This document shows positions 36,301 through 48,983 of a stretch of 64,000 nt of DNA, piece after piece. Positions within the stretch are counted from its first letter, which is position 1; each line of letters starts with the position of its first letter. The stretch covers positions 62,001 through 126,000 of the forward strand of contig NIVC01002467.1 of assembly GCA_002269645.1 (NCBI GenBank). The letters run 5' to 3'. Made by a program: the position numbers and the translations under genes. Origin of the DNA: Macrostomum lignano (taxonomy: Eukaryota). The notes beneath the pieces were generated by a model. The model did no database searches and was not told the origin of the DNA. It worked only from the letters and a program-made list of their open reading frames with translations.

Positions 36301-39300
36301 GGGAGAGAGGAGAGGAGGGGAGAGAGGAGAGGAGGGAGAGGAGAGGAGAGGAGAGGAGAGGACAGGAGAGGAGAGGAGAGGAGAGGAGAGGAGAGGAGAG
36401 GAGAGGAGAGGAGAGGAGAGGAGAGGAGAGGAGAGGAGAGGAGAGGAGAGGAGAGGAGAGGAGAGGAGAGGAGAGGAGAGGAGAGGAGAGGAGAGGAGAG
36501 GAGAGGAGAGGAGAGGAGAGAGAGGAGAGGAGAGGAGAGGAGGAGAGGAGAGGAGAGGAGGGGAGGGAGGAGAGGAGAGGAGAGTAGAGGAGAGGAGGGG
36601 AGGGAGGAGAGGAGGGGAGAGAGAGAGGAGGGGAGAGAGAGAGGAGAGGAGAGGAGAGGAGAGGAGAGGAGAGGAGAGGAGAGGAGAGGAGACGAGAGGA
36701 GAGGAGACGAGAGGAGAGAATGTGAAAGAAAGAAGGTTACAAGACTAACCGATTGAGCCTTTCTCCCGATTTGCAAATTTGAAGCAATTTCTCTAGAAAT
36801 TTAGTAAAGGATTTACTGACACGGCACACATGAATAACTAAGGCTAAGTAGCCGTATCCAGTGTTCACAAAATCGCGATCTGTTTCGTCTTTAACAGAAA
36901 TCCGCCTACGAGCATGTTGAGCTGTTTACTCAGAGTCAGAGTTATAATATTGCGTGACCTGTCAGATTAATGCGCGACCTGCTAATGGGTGATTGATTTT
37001 GTTGGGACTGTGGGGGGGGGGGCTACTCTATTGTATCAATGTTAGAAAATTAAAGCGAAGGTGGGGTCTTTTATGTAGAAAATATGCGCTTTCGGAAACT
37101 TCTAAAGGATCTGAAAAAAATAATGGTTAGCCGAAATCGTCTTGAAAGTGATTCGCATTAGGGTATATTGAGGAAACAGAATAGTAAAAGAAAGTAGAAG
37201 TAGGCATAGTAGACATGGTAGACAGAGTACAGAAGGGAGTAGTCAAAGTAGACAGAGTAGACAGAGTAGAGAAGAGAGTAGTCGAAGTAGACAGAGTAGA
37301 CAGAGTAGACAGAGTAGAGAATGCAGTAGTCAAAGTAGTCTAGTAGACTAAGTAGACAGGGTACAGAACGGAATGGTCAAAATACAGAGTAGAGAATTCA
37401 GTAGTCGAAGTAGACAGAGTAGACAGAGTAGACAGAGTAGAGAATGCAGTAGTCAAAGTAGTCTAGTAGACAAAGTAGACAGGGTAGACAGAATACAAAA
37501 CGGAATGGTCAGAATACAGAGTAGAGAATTCAGTAGTCAAAGTAGACAGAGTAGACAGAGTAGACAGATTACAGAATGGAGTGATCAAAATAGACATAGT
37601 AGACAGAGTAGAGAATGCAGTAGTCAAAGTAGACAGAGTAGACAGAGTAGAGAAGGGAGTAGTCAAAGTAGACAGAGTAGACAGAGTAGAGAAGGGAGTA
37701 GTCAAAGTAGACAGAGTAGACAGAGTAGAGAATGCAGTAGTCAAAGTAGACAGAGTAGACAGAGTAGAGAAGGGAGTAGTCAAAGTAGACAGAGTAGACA
37801 GAGTAGAGAAGGGAGTAGTCAAAGTAGACAGAGTAGACAGAGTAGAGAAGGGAGTAGTCAAAGTAGACAGAGTAGACAGAGTAGAGAAGGGAGTAGTCAA
37901 AGTAGACAGAGTAGACAGAGTAGAGAATGCAGTAGTCAAAGTAGACAGAGTAGACAGAGTAGAGAAGGGAGTAGTCAAAGTAGACAGAGTAGACAGAGTA
38001 GAGAATGCAGTAGTCAAAGTAGACAGAGTAGACAGAGTAGAGAATGCAGTAGTCAAAGTAGACAGAGTAGATAGAGTAGAGAATGCAGTAGTCAAAGTAG
38101 ACAGAGTAGACAGAGTAGAGAAGGGAGTAGTCAAAGTAGACAGAGTAGACAGAGTAGAGAAGGGAGTAGTCAAAGTAGACATAGTAGACAGAGTAGAGAA
38201 TGCAGTAGTCAAAGTAGACAGAGTAGACAGAGTAGAGAAGGGAGTAGTCAAAGTAGACAGAGTAGACAGAGTAGAGAATGCAGTAGTCAAAGTAGACAGA
38301 GTAGACAGAGTAGAGAAGGGAGTAGTCAAAGTAGACAGAGTAGACAGAGTAGAGAAGGGAGTAGTCAAAGTAGACAGAGTAGACAGAGTAGAGAAGGGAG
38401 TAGTCAAAGTAGACAGAGTAGACAGAGTAGAGAATGCAGTAGTCAAAGTAGACAGAGTAGACAGAGTAGAGAATGCAATAGTCAAAGTAGACAGAGTAGA
38501 CAGAGTAGAGAAGGGAGTAGTCAAAGTAGACAGAGTAGACAGAGTAGAGAATGCAGTAGTCAAAGTAGACAGAGTAGACAGAGTAGAGAAGGGAGTAGTC
38601 AAATTAGTCAGCCTATAAATAGTTGACGGCAAAATATATTAGTCAAAATAAATGTGTACATTAAAAATTATGAGATACAGCAGGCATCTGAGAATGAAAT
38701 TATGTATACATAATCGATCAGTATTTTTCTTCTAGCATACTTAAAATCTGCAAGACGAATCCAGGTAAAGTAGGTAGATGTAGAGATGAGAATGGCCTGA
38801 TATTGAGAGACTCCAGCTTCCTAGATGAGGCTCATAGGTCAAGCAATTTTATGTTAGCATGGCCTGGCCACAAAGGGCGGAAACGCTCGAAGACAGGCAG
38901 GCAGGTAGGCAGGTAGGGGCAATGCAAAGTAGATCACAGCGATAAGACGATACTCAATACGATGCCATGGGGAAGTCAGCTCAACCGAGGGTTGGTTGCA
39001 TCTGATCTCTATAAGCAAAGCAAGAGACAGTCTTTATGATCTGCAGGGTTAAAAAATGTCCTGCCCCGATCTGCTGAGCTTTTATGGGACAATATGGGGA
39101 CAGCAAGGCATGCAGGAATCGGGGCGTGAGGTCAAGCAGAACCCGAGCGAACCTTGACATTAGCCGCTCGTTGGGATTTAATCTAATAGCTGAAACTGTA
39201 CTATTTATCTTTCTACATCAGGGGTTGGCGAACTTTAACTTATTGCGGGCCAGAGAGACGAGAGAGAAGAGGAGAGGAGAGAGGGGAGATGAGAAAGAAT

Positions 39301-42300
39301 TGAGGGGAGAAGGGGATGAGAGAGAAGAGAAAAGAGGGATGAGGAGGGGAGAGAGGAGAGGAGGGGAGAGAGGAGAGGAGGGGAGAGAGGAGAGGAGGGG
39401 AGAGAGGAGAGGAGGGGAGAGAGGAGAGGAGGGGAGAGAGGAGAGGAGGGGAGAGAGGAGAGGAGGGGAGAGAGGAGAGGAGGGGAGAGAGGAGAGGAGG
39501 GGTGAGAGGAGATGAGGGGAGAGAGGAGAGGAGGGGAGAGAGGAGAGGAGGGGAGAGAGGAGAGGAGGGGAGAGAAGAGAGGAGGGGAGAGAGGAGAGGA
39601 GGGGAGAGAGGAGAGGAGGGGAGAGAGGAGAGGAGGGGAGAGAGGAGAGGAGGGGAGAGAGGAGAGAAGGGGAGAGAGGAGAGGAGGGGAGAGAGGAGAG
39701 GAGGGGAGAGAGGAGAGAAGGGGAGAGAGGAGAGGAGGGGAGAGAGGAGAGGAGGGGAGAGAGGAGAGGAGGAGAGATGAGAGAGATGATTGCTATTGCG
39801 AATTTTCAAAGGACCCGAGGGCCGGTAGAGGCGTTGCAGGCCGGAGCTTGCAACCCCTGATCTGATCTACGTGATACCATAGACAAATGAACCAGAAGCA
39901 CACGCTAAAACCGATTTTATTAGAAATAAGCCGGATGCCTAGAGAGGCATTTAGCTATGCTTCACTAGACAAATCGGTTTTCTACTCGACTGAATTTGTC
40001 TATGGCCAAACCCCATTCAGCGCTATGCATTCTGGGCTCATTGCTAAGAAACTCGAATGTAGCGTCCTTTTATGTGCATAACCCAACAAAGCGCTCACCC
40101 CTCTCACAGGGGTCGTGTGTCAGAGCAGGACAGATGGTAGCAAGACAGCAGCAAACTGGGACACGACACGGCAAACTGCCTTTATATTATAAATCACCCG
40201 CGGAGCAAAGGAATTGTGGTAAACTAAATATGGGATAGGAGAGCCTAAAGCATGACAATAATCTTCCCAATACGCGTGCAATACCGCAAGCAGATCAGGG
40301 CAAAAGGGTGCAGAATCAAGGAGATGGCGAAACAAGGACTATGAAGTGCTTGATCTGCTTCAATTCCTACATTTCTATGGGATTAAAATTTAGACCCGAC
40401 ATCATAAAAAGGAATCTCTATAATACTAAGACTACACATGTAAATCGTATAATATAACACCCATGTGCTCCCCGCCTCCCAAACTCGAATGAACTCGTTA
40501 CTACAACGCAAAGACAAGAAAGAGAATGGCATGGTTTAGACTTAACAAACTGATTTGAAGCACAGGATTTAACACAAAGGACACAAAGAACACCCCGTGT
40601 TGCTAGCTTAGTGCTACATGCGATAGAGCCATTTGAGGACAAAGCATTAAAGGGCGTGGCTCTCGTTCTGTGATCGGTATTTTTTTAGCCTGCATGATCC
40701 CTTTTAAATTTGTGCCCCGGCACTGGAGAAAGCTCTTTGTTTTCTAAATCTTTTAGCATAGAGCTAAATCCTTATCCTTAAGCACTATTTCTGATATCAG
40801 TAAAACTTCATAGTACCGAAAATACACTGACATAGCGTTCACTGGAATTCTCAATTCGAGATCCTGACGCCTCACTTCCTTTCCTGACCCCTCACTTCCT
40901 TTCCTGACCCCTCACTTCCTTTCCTGACCCCTCACTTCCTTTCCTGACCCCTCACTTCCTTTCCTGACCCCTCACTTCCTTTCCTGACCCCTCACTTCCT
41001 TTCCTGACCCCTCACTTCCTTTCCTGACCCCTCACTTCCTTTCCTGACCCCTCACTTCCTTTCCTGACCCCTCACTTCCTTTCCTGACCCCTCACTTCCT
41101 TTCCTGACCCTCACTTCCTTTCCTGACCCTCACTTCCTTTCCTGACCCCTCACTTCCTTTCCTGACCCCTCACTTCCTTTCCTGACACCTCACTTCCTTT
41201 CCTGACACCTCACTTCCTTTCCTGACCCCTCACTTCCTTTCCTGACCCCTCACTTCCTTTCCTGACCCCTCACTTCCTTTCCTGACCCCTCACTTCCTTT
41301 CCTGACCCCTCACTTCCTTTCCTGACCCCTCACTTCCTTTCCTGACCCCTCACTTCCTTTCCTGACCCCTCACTTCCTTTCCTGACCCCTCACTTCCTTT
41401 CCTGACCCCTCACTTCCTTTCCTGACCCCTCACTTCCTTTCCTGACCCCTCACTTCCTTTCCTGACCCCTCACTTCCTTTCCTGACCCCTCACTTCCTTT
41501 CCTGACCCCTCACTTCCTTTCCTGACCCCTCACTTCCTTTCCTGACCCCTCACTTCCTTTCCTGACACCTCACTTCCTTTCCTGACCCCTCACTTCCTTT
41601 CCTGACCCCTCACTTCCTTTCCTGACCCCTCACTTCCTTTCCTGACCCCTCACTTCCTTTCCTGACCCCTCACTTCCTTTCCTGACCCCTCACTTCCTTT
41701 CCTGACCCCTCACTTCCTTTCCTGACCCCTCACTTCCTTTCCTGACCCCTCACTTCCTTTCCTGACCCCTCACTTCCTTTCCTGACCCCTCACTTCCTTT
41801 CCTGACACCTCACTTCCTTTCCTGACACCTCACTTCCTTTCCTGACCCTCACTTCCTTTCCTGACACCTCACTTCCTTTCCTGACCCCTCACTTCCTTTC
41901 CTGACCCCTCACTTCCTTTCCTGACCCCTCACTTCCTTTCCTGACCCCTCACTTCCTTTCCTGACCCCTCACTTCCTTTCCTGACACCTCACTTCCTTTC
42001 CTGACACCTCACTTCCTTTCCTGACCCCTCACTTCCTTTCCTGACCCCTCACTTCCTTTCCTGACCCCTCACTTCCTTTCCTGACCCCTCACTTCCTTTC
42101 CTGACCCCTCACTTCCTTTCCTGACACCTCACTTCCTTTCCTGACACCTCACTTCCTTTCCTGACACCTCACTTCCTTTCCTGACACCTCAGTTCCTTTC
42201 CTGACACCTCAGTTTCTCTCCTGACACCTCAGTTCCTTTCCTGACACCTCAGTTCCTTTCCTGACACCTCAGTTTCTCTCCTGACACCTCAGTTCCTCTC

Positions 42301-44130
42301 CTGACACCTCAGTTCCTCTCCTGACACAGCTCACTTTCTTTCCTGACACCTCACTTCCTCTCTTGACACTTCACTTCTTCTCCTGACACTTCACTTCCTT
42401 TCCTGACACCTCACTTCCTCTGCTGACACCTCACTTCCTTTCCTGACACCTCACTTCCTCTCCTGACACCTCACTTCCTTTCCTGACACCTCACTTCCTT
42501 TCCTGACACCTCACTTCCTTTCCTGACACCTCACTTCCTTTCCTGACACCTCACTTCCTTTCATGACCCCTCACTTCCTTTCCTGACACCTCAGTTCCTT
42601 TCCTGACACCTCAGTTTCTCTCCTGACACCTCAGTTCCTCTCCTGACACCTCAGTTTCTCTCCTGACACCTCAGTTCCTCTCCTGACACCTCAGTTCCTC
42701 TCCTGACACAGCTCACTTTCTTTCCTGACACCTCACTTCCTCTCTTGACACTTCACTTCTTCTCCTGACACTTCACTTCCTTTCCTGACACCTCACTTCC
42801 TCTGCTGACACCTCACTTCCTTTCCTGACACCTCACTTCCTCTCTTGACACCTCACTTCCTTTCCTGACACCTCACTTCCTCTCTTGACACTTCACTTCC
42901 TCTCCTGACACCTCAATTCCTCTCCTGACACCTCAGCTCCGATTCTGACACCTCACTTCCTCTCCTGACATCTCAGCTCCGATTCTGACACCTCACTTCC
43001 TCTCCTGACACCTCAATTTCTCTCCTGACACCTCACTTCCTCTCCTGACACCTCACTTTCTCTCCTAACACCTCACTTCCTCTCCTGACACCTCACTTTC
43101 TCTCCTGACACCTCACTTCCTCTCCTGACACCTCACTTTCTCTTCTGACACCACAGCTCCGATTCTGACGCCTCACTTCCTTTCCTGACACTTCACTTCC
43201 TCTCTTGACACTTCACTTCTTCTCCTGACACCTCACTTCCTTTTCTGACACTTCACTTCTCCTGACACCTCACTTCCTTTCCTGACACCTCACTTCCTTT
43301 CCTGACACCTCACTTCCTTTCCTGACACCTCACTTCCTTTCCTGACACCTCACTTCCTTTCCTGACACCTCACTTCCTTTCCTGACACCTCACTTCCTTT
43401 CCTGATACCTCACTTCCTTTCCTGACACTTCACTTCCTCTCCTGACACCTCACTTCCTCTCCTGACACCTCACTTTCTCTCCTGACACCACAGCTCCGAT
43501 TCTGACACATCAGTTCCGATTCTGACAGTCAACTTTTTTCATAAAATCCAAATTTCCCTTTTTTTTATTCCAATGGCTATTTCGTCAGAGTCAGAGATGT
43601 CACAAATCTACATATGCACATGCGAGCTATCACGCATTCCAGCTCATACCTTTTGGCGCCTCCTCGTGCAGCACAGCTTGAGCCTCCAGAGCAGGCAGCG
43701 GAGCCAGCAGGCACATCGCAATCAGCAGGTGCAAGCCGCAGGTTGGCGGCAGAAAGTGGCGCCTCATCCTGCTAGCGCAGCTGCCGCCGCTGCTACTCGA
43801 AGAAGCAACAGAAGCCGGCGCGGCCACGCCAGCCTCAGCCATGGCCATCCGCAGGCTCGCCCGATCCCGGCCCAAGGCCACTCCATCGTCGGCATAGTTG
43901 CCAGTTGAGGCGAAGGCGGCATAGGCGAACAGCGTTGCTAAGCAACCGGCAGTCAGTATGGCCGCTAAATAGCAGTTCATGGGCTCCTGCGGCCACAGCT
44001 CTCTCATTGCCCGGCTCCGATAGTCCAGATAGCGACAGGCGGCCGCATAGAGCAGGAATGCCTGCAGCAGCAGCACCAGCAGGGCGTACCAGACACGCCA
44101 CAGTCTGTCTAATTTGCGATTTCGTCGCAT
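30375..44130 (-). CDS. tinc: Tincar-like multi-pass transmembrane protein (~782 aa, 4 exons)
   Basis: Exons 44130-43650, 32992-32568, 32128-31397 and 31085-30375 have GT-AG boundaries, matching phases and no in-frame stop. Motifs LWRVWY, GNYADDGVALG, PPT..LHLLIAMCLLAP, IWSTSFDFL and IRYPSTFW parallel recalled Drosophila Tincar motifs (LWSVWY, GNLANDG, IWATELDFL, VRYPAVFW). The protein ends in CSQV. Confidence 0.8.
31089..31386 (-). mobile_element. tRNA-derived SINE-like element (298 bp) with a 13-bp TSD, constituting tincar intron 3
   Basis: The head GGGGGCGTAGCCCAGCGGTCTAGC... has an A-box TAGCCCAGCGG (31379-31369) and a B-box-like GGCTCGATTCC (31335-31325), 33 nt apart. It is flanked by the direct repeat CAGGTTCGGCGAG (31399-31387 and 31088-31076). 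Only one copy is seen in the window. Confidence 0.7.
32153..32545. repeat. Degenerate ~12-bp minisatellite (GTCACTCTCCCG/A) filling tincar intron 2
   Basis: Directly visible. Confidence 0.9.
33060..33320. repeat. 43-bp minisatellite, ~6 copies
   Basis: Period of 43 between 33147 and 33190. Confidence 0.85.
34145..34435. repeat. Pyrimidine-rich 25-29-bp minisatellite (CTTCCCTCCCTTATCTCTACTCTCT)
   Basis: Directly visible. Confidence 0.88.
35281..36718. repeat. Polypurine (GAGAG)n / (GGGGAGAGAGGAGAGGA)n array
   Basis: Directly visible. Confidence 0.95.
37190..38605. repeat. 39-bp minisatellite built from 9-bp GTAGACAGA subunits
   Basis: Directly visible; two alternating variants (AAGGGA / AATGCA). 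Confidence 0.95.
39255..39785. repeat. 17-bp polypurine minisatellite (GGGGAGAGAGGAGAGGA)
   Basis: Directly visible. Confidence 0.92.
40863..43525. repeat. 20-bp satellite (CCTGAC[C/A]CCTCACTTCCTTT), homogeneous at left and diverged at right
   Basis: About 130 copies. Confidence 0.96.
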
Positions 44131-44430
44131 CGAATTCTATTGGCACAGCACAGCACAGTCTGGGTTGCCTTTTGTCCAGCTTCAAATTCTATTGTAAATT
44201 TTTTAGCTGTGCTAAATTCTATTCTGGAACCCGTTCTTATAGGCTATATTATACCTTTCTCTCTATTAGTTGGTTATTAGCCAATCAAAAGAGGGCAGCA
44301 GTTTGAACATCATTCTCTGTAGCTAATTTTACATTCCATACTACTTATTGTAGACGGATAGTAGAGGAATAAGCGCGTTACGATTGGAAGTCAGGGACTT
44401 CATGGGAAATTTGGGTCTTGGGAGATAATA

Positions 44431-46480
44431 GGTGTCAGTCAATGGAGAGACAGTGAGGTGTCAGTCAATGGAGAGACAGTGAGGTGTCAGTCAATGGAGA
44501 GACAGTGAGGTGTCAGTCAATGGAGAGACAGTGAGGTGTCAGTCAATGGAGAGACAGTGAGGTGTCAGTCAATGGAGAGACAGTGAGGTGTCAGTCAATG
44601 GAGAGACAGTGAGGTGTCAGTCAATGGAGAGACAGTGAGGTGTCAGTCAATGGAGAGACAGTGAGGTGTCAGTCAATGGAGAGACAGAGAGGTGTCAGTC
44701 AATGGAGAGACAGTGAGGTGTCAGTCAATGGAGAGACAGTGAGGTGTCAGGAGAGACAGTGGGTGTCAGGAGAGACAATGGAGTGTCAGGAGAGACAATG
44801 GAGTGTCAGGAGAGACAATGAAGTGTCAAGAGAGGCCATGAAGTGTCAGGAGAGACAGTTAGGTGTCAGGAGAGACAATGGAGTGTCAGGAGAGACAATG
44901 GAGTGTTCGGAGAGACAATGAAGTGTCAGGAGAGACAATGAAGTGTCAGGAGAGACAGTGAGCTGTCAGGAGAGACAATGAAGTGTCAGGAGAGACAATG
45001 GAGTGTCAGGAGAGACAATGAAGTGTCAGGAGAGACAATGAAGTGTCAGGAGAGACAGTTAGGTATCAGGAGAGACAATGGGGTGTCAGGAGAGACAGTT
45101 AAGTGTCAGGAGAGACAATGGAGTGTCAGGAGAGACAGTTAGGTGTCAGGAGAGACAATGGAGTGTCAGGAGAGACAGTCAGGAGAGACAATGGAGTGTC
45201 AGGAGAGACAATGGAGTGTCAGGAGAGACAGTTAGGTGTCAGGAGAGACAATGGAGTGTCAGGAGAGACAGTTAGGTGTCAGGAGAGACAATGAAGTGTC
45301 AGGAGAGACAGTGAGCTGTCAGGAGAGACAATGAAGTGTCAGGAGAGACAATGGAGTGTCAGGAGAGACAATGGAGTGTCAGGAGAGACAGTTAGGTGTC
45401 AGGAGAGACAATGAAGTGTCAGGAGAGACAATGGAGTGTCAGGAGAGACAGTTAGGTGTCAGGAGAGACAATGGAGTGTCAGGAGAGACAGTTAGGTGTC
45501 AGGAGAGACAATGGAGTGTCAGGAGAGACAGTTAGGTGTCAGGAGAGACAATGAATGTCAGGAGAGACAATGGAGTGTCAGGAGAGACAATGAAGTGTCA
45601 GGAGAGACAATGGAGTGTCAGGAGAGACAATGAAGTGTCAGGAGAGACAATGGAGTGTCAGGAGAGACAATGAAGTGTCAGGAGAGACAATGAAGTGTCA
45701 GGAGAGACAATGAAGTGTCAGGAGAGACAATGGAGTGTCAGGAGAGACAATGGAGTGTCAGGAGAGACAGTTAGGTGTCAGGAGAGACAATGGAGTGTCA
45801 GGAGAGACAATGGAGTGTCAGGAGAGACAATGAAGTGTCAGGAGAGACAATGGAGTGTCAGGAGAGACAATGGAGTGTCAGGAGAGACAATGGAGTGTCA
45901 GGAGAGACAATGAAGTGTCAGGAGAGACAATGAAGTGTCAGGAGAGACAATGGAGTGTCAGGAGAGACAGTTAGGTGTCAGGAGAGACAATGGAGTGTCA
46001 GGAGAGACAATGAAGTGTCAGGAGAGACAATGAAGTGTCAGGAGAGACAATGAAGTGTCAGGAGAGACAATGGAGTGTCAGGAGAGACAATGAAGTGTCA
46101 GGAGAGACAATGAAGTGTCAGGAGAGACAATAAAGTGTCAGGAGAGACAATGAAGTGTCAGGAGAGACAATGGAGTGTCAGGAGAGACAATGAAGTGTCA
46201 GGAGAGACAATGAAGTGTCAGGAGAGACAATGGAGTGTCAGGAGAGACAATGGAGTGTCAGGAGAGACAATGGAGTGTCAGGAGAGACAATGGAGTGTTC
46301 GGAGAGACAAAAAAGTGTCAAGAGAGGCCATGAAGTGTCAGGAGAGACAGTTGGATGTCAGGAGAGACAGTGGGGTGTCAGGAGAGACAGTGGGGTGTCA
46401 GGAGAGACAATGGAGTGTCAAGAGAGGCCATGAAGTGTCAGGAGAGACAGTTGGATGTCAGGAGAGACAGTGGGGTGTAA
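44431..46480. repeat. Satellite of 26-bp then 20-bp units (GTGTCAGGAGAGACAATGRA)
   Basis: Directly visible. The 26-bp unit equals the 20-bp unit plus TCAATG. Confidence 0.96.
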
Positions 46481-47392
46481 GGAGGCAGTGAAACTCTTAT
46501 AAAGTCCCCCCCCCTGCATGCAGCTATAGCCGTCACGGTTCAGAGAAGACAAAGCAGAAAAAGAAGAATAATTTGGCCGATCCAAATTAGGAGCAGAAAA
46601 ATGAAAGCAGGACGAAGAGACAGGAAAAATGACAACTGCCTACGTCAAAGAAGTTTTGGGTGCAATAATTTCAATAATATAATTAATATTTCGTAAGATC
46701 GCAGCTAATTATCATAACAGCTCGGCTGCTAATTAAAGCATTGGTATGCATTTCCTGGAGCCTGCATATTTTCCGAGCCTAATTAACTGTTGCATAAACA
46801 CAGTCAACAATGGAAACAATTCACAAGACAGATGAGCAAGTTTATATAACAGAACACAAAATTTGTCAATTAATATTAATTAAAATTTATTGTCCAATGT
46901 TAGACAAAAGTTATTGTCTATCATAACTCAGGCCAAGTGTATTTTACATTCACCGCACAAATTTTACAAGGAATAAACAGCAAACAAAAAATAAAAATCC
47001 AACCAGTATGGAACAAGTATGACACAATTAAAATCATCAACTTATGTACTTTAAGCAGAGCGACTGCTTTCTATCAAATAACAAAAAAATGGTGTGTTTT
47101 CTAGTGTCTTTTCTAACGAAAACACACTTAGAAGTTATTAATAAAGCATTCATTTTAAACACGAACTGTCATACTTATCTAAGTAGTCATCAGTAGTCTA
47201 TCGCGTGAATATAAAAATGCATAAAAAGATAGTTTTTATTAATGGAACTCCAACTGAAATTTAGCATCAATAATCAATAATAATCATTCCTTTGCTCTTA
47301 TCGTTCTTTTAAGCAAGTCAATTTTGCAAGAGTCCAAACAGCGACCATGTTGACGAAGCTGGAAGAAAATTGTAGAATGGAGACTTTAGAAA

Positions 47393-48972
47393 GCAACTGA
47401 GGGTCTGGGAGGCTGGCCCAGCAACTGAAGATCTGGGAGGCTGGCCCAGCAACTGAAGATCTGGGAGGCTGGCCCAGCAACTGAAGATCTGGGAGGCTGG
47501 CCCAGCAACTGAAGATCTGGGAGGATGGCTCAGCAATTGAGGATCTGGGAGGCTGGTCTAGCAACAGAAGATCTGGGAGGATGGCTCAGCAACTGAGGAT
47601 CTGGGAGGCTGGTCTAGCAACTGAAGATCTGGGAGGATGGCTCAGCAACTGAAGATCTGGGAGGATGGCTCAGCAATTGAGGATCTGGGAGGCTGGTCTA
47701 GCAACTGAAGATCTGGGAGGATGGCTCAGCAACTGAAGATCTGGGAGGATGGCTCAGCAACTGAGGATCTGGGAGGCTGGCCCAGCAACTGAAGATCTGG
47801 GAGGCTGGCCCAGCAACTGAGGATCTGGAAGGCTGGCCTAGCAACTGAAGATCTGGGAGGATGGCTCAGCAATTGAGGATCTGGGAGGCTGGTCTAGCAA
47901 CTGAAGATCTGGGAGGATGGCTCAGCAACTGAGGATCTGGGAGGCTGGTCTAGCAACTGAAGATCTGGGAGGATGGCTCAGCAACTGAAGATCTGGGAGG
48001 ATGGCTCAGCAATTGAGGATCTGGGAGGCTGGCCCAGCAACTGAAGATCTGGGAGGATGGCTCAGCAATTGAGGATCTGGGAGGCTGGTCTAGCAACTGA
48101 AGATCTGGGAGGATGGCTCAGCAACTGAAGATCTGGGAGGATGGCTCAGCAACTGAGGATCTGGGAGGCTGGCCCAGCAACTGAAGATCTGGGAGGATGG
48201 CTCAGCAACTGAAGATCTGGGAGGCTGGCCCAGCAACTGAGGATCTGGAAGGCTGGCCTAGCAACTGAAGATCTGGGAGGATGGCTCAGCAATTGAGGAT
48301 CTGGGAGGCTGGTCTAGCAACTGAAGATCTGGGAGGATGGCTCAGCAACTGAGGATCTGGGAGGCTGGTCTAGCAACTGAAGATCTGGGAGGATGGCTCA
48401 GCAACTGAAGATCTGGGAGGATGGCTCAGCAACTGAGGATCTGGGAGGCTGGCCTAGCAACTGAAGATCTGGGAGGATGGCTCAGCAACTGAAGATCTGG
48501 GAGGATGGCTCAGCAACTGAGGATCTGGGAGGCTGGCCTAGCAACTGAAGATCTGGGAGGATGGCTCAGCAACTGAGGATCTGGGAGGCTGGTCTAGCAA
48601 CTGAAGATCTGGGAGGATGGCTCAGCAACTGAGGATCTGGGAGGCTGGCCTAGCAACTGAAGATCTGGGAGGATGGCTCAGCAACTGAGGATCTGGGAGG
48701 CTGGCCTAGCAACTGAAGATCTGGGAGGATGGCTCAGCAACTGAGGATCTGGGAGGCTGGTCTAGCAACTGAAGATCTGGGAGGATGGCTCAGCAACTGA
48801 GGATCTGGGAGGCTGGCCCAACAACTGAGGATCTGGGAGGCTGGTGGAACAGCAACTGAGGATCTGGGAGGCTGGCCCAGCTACTGGGGATCTGGGAGGC
48901 TAGCCCAGAAACTGAGGATCTGGGAGGCTGGCTCAGACTGAGGATCTGGGAGGCTGGCACCTCAGCAACTGA
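47393..48972. repeat. 28-bp minisatellite (CTGAAGATCTGGGAGGCTGGCCCAGCAA) downstream of the COG4 stop
   Basis: Period of 28 (47425 to 47453); about 56 copies. Confidence 0.96.
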
Positions 48973-48983
48973 CACTACTCACT

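Noticed and set aside
35088-39865. Arg/Glu-rich and VDRVEK-repeat ORFs of 200-560 aa
   Set aside because: They lie wholly in tandem arrays within tincar intron 1 and have no unique coding flanks or splice logic.
38700-40860. Possible decayed TE coding fragments in tincar intron 1
   Set aside because: Only short ORFs without RT, transposase or integrase motifs. A Dfam/Repbase search would be needed.
40863-46480. Foldback transposon that captured tincar exon 1
   Set aside because: The outer ends are not inverted matches, no TSD is visible, and the exon splices normally into its gene. Kept only as an inverted-satellite observation.
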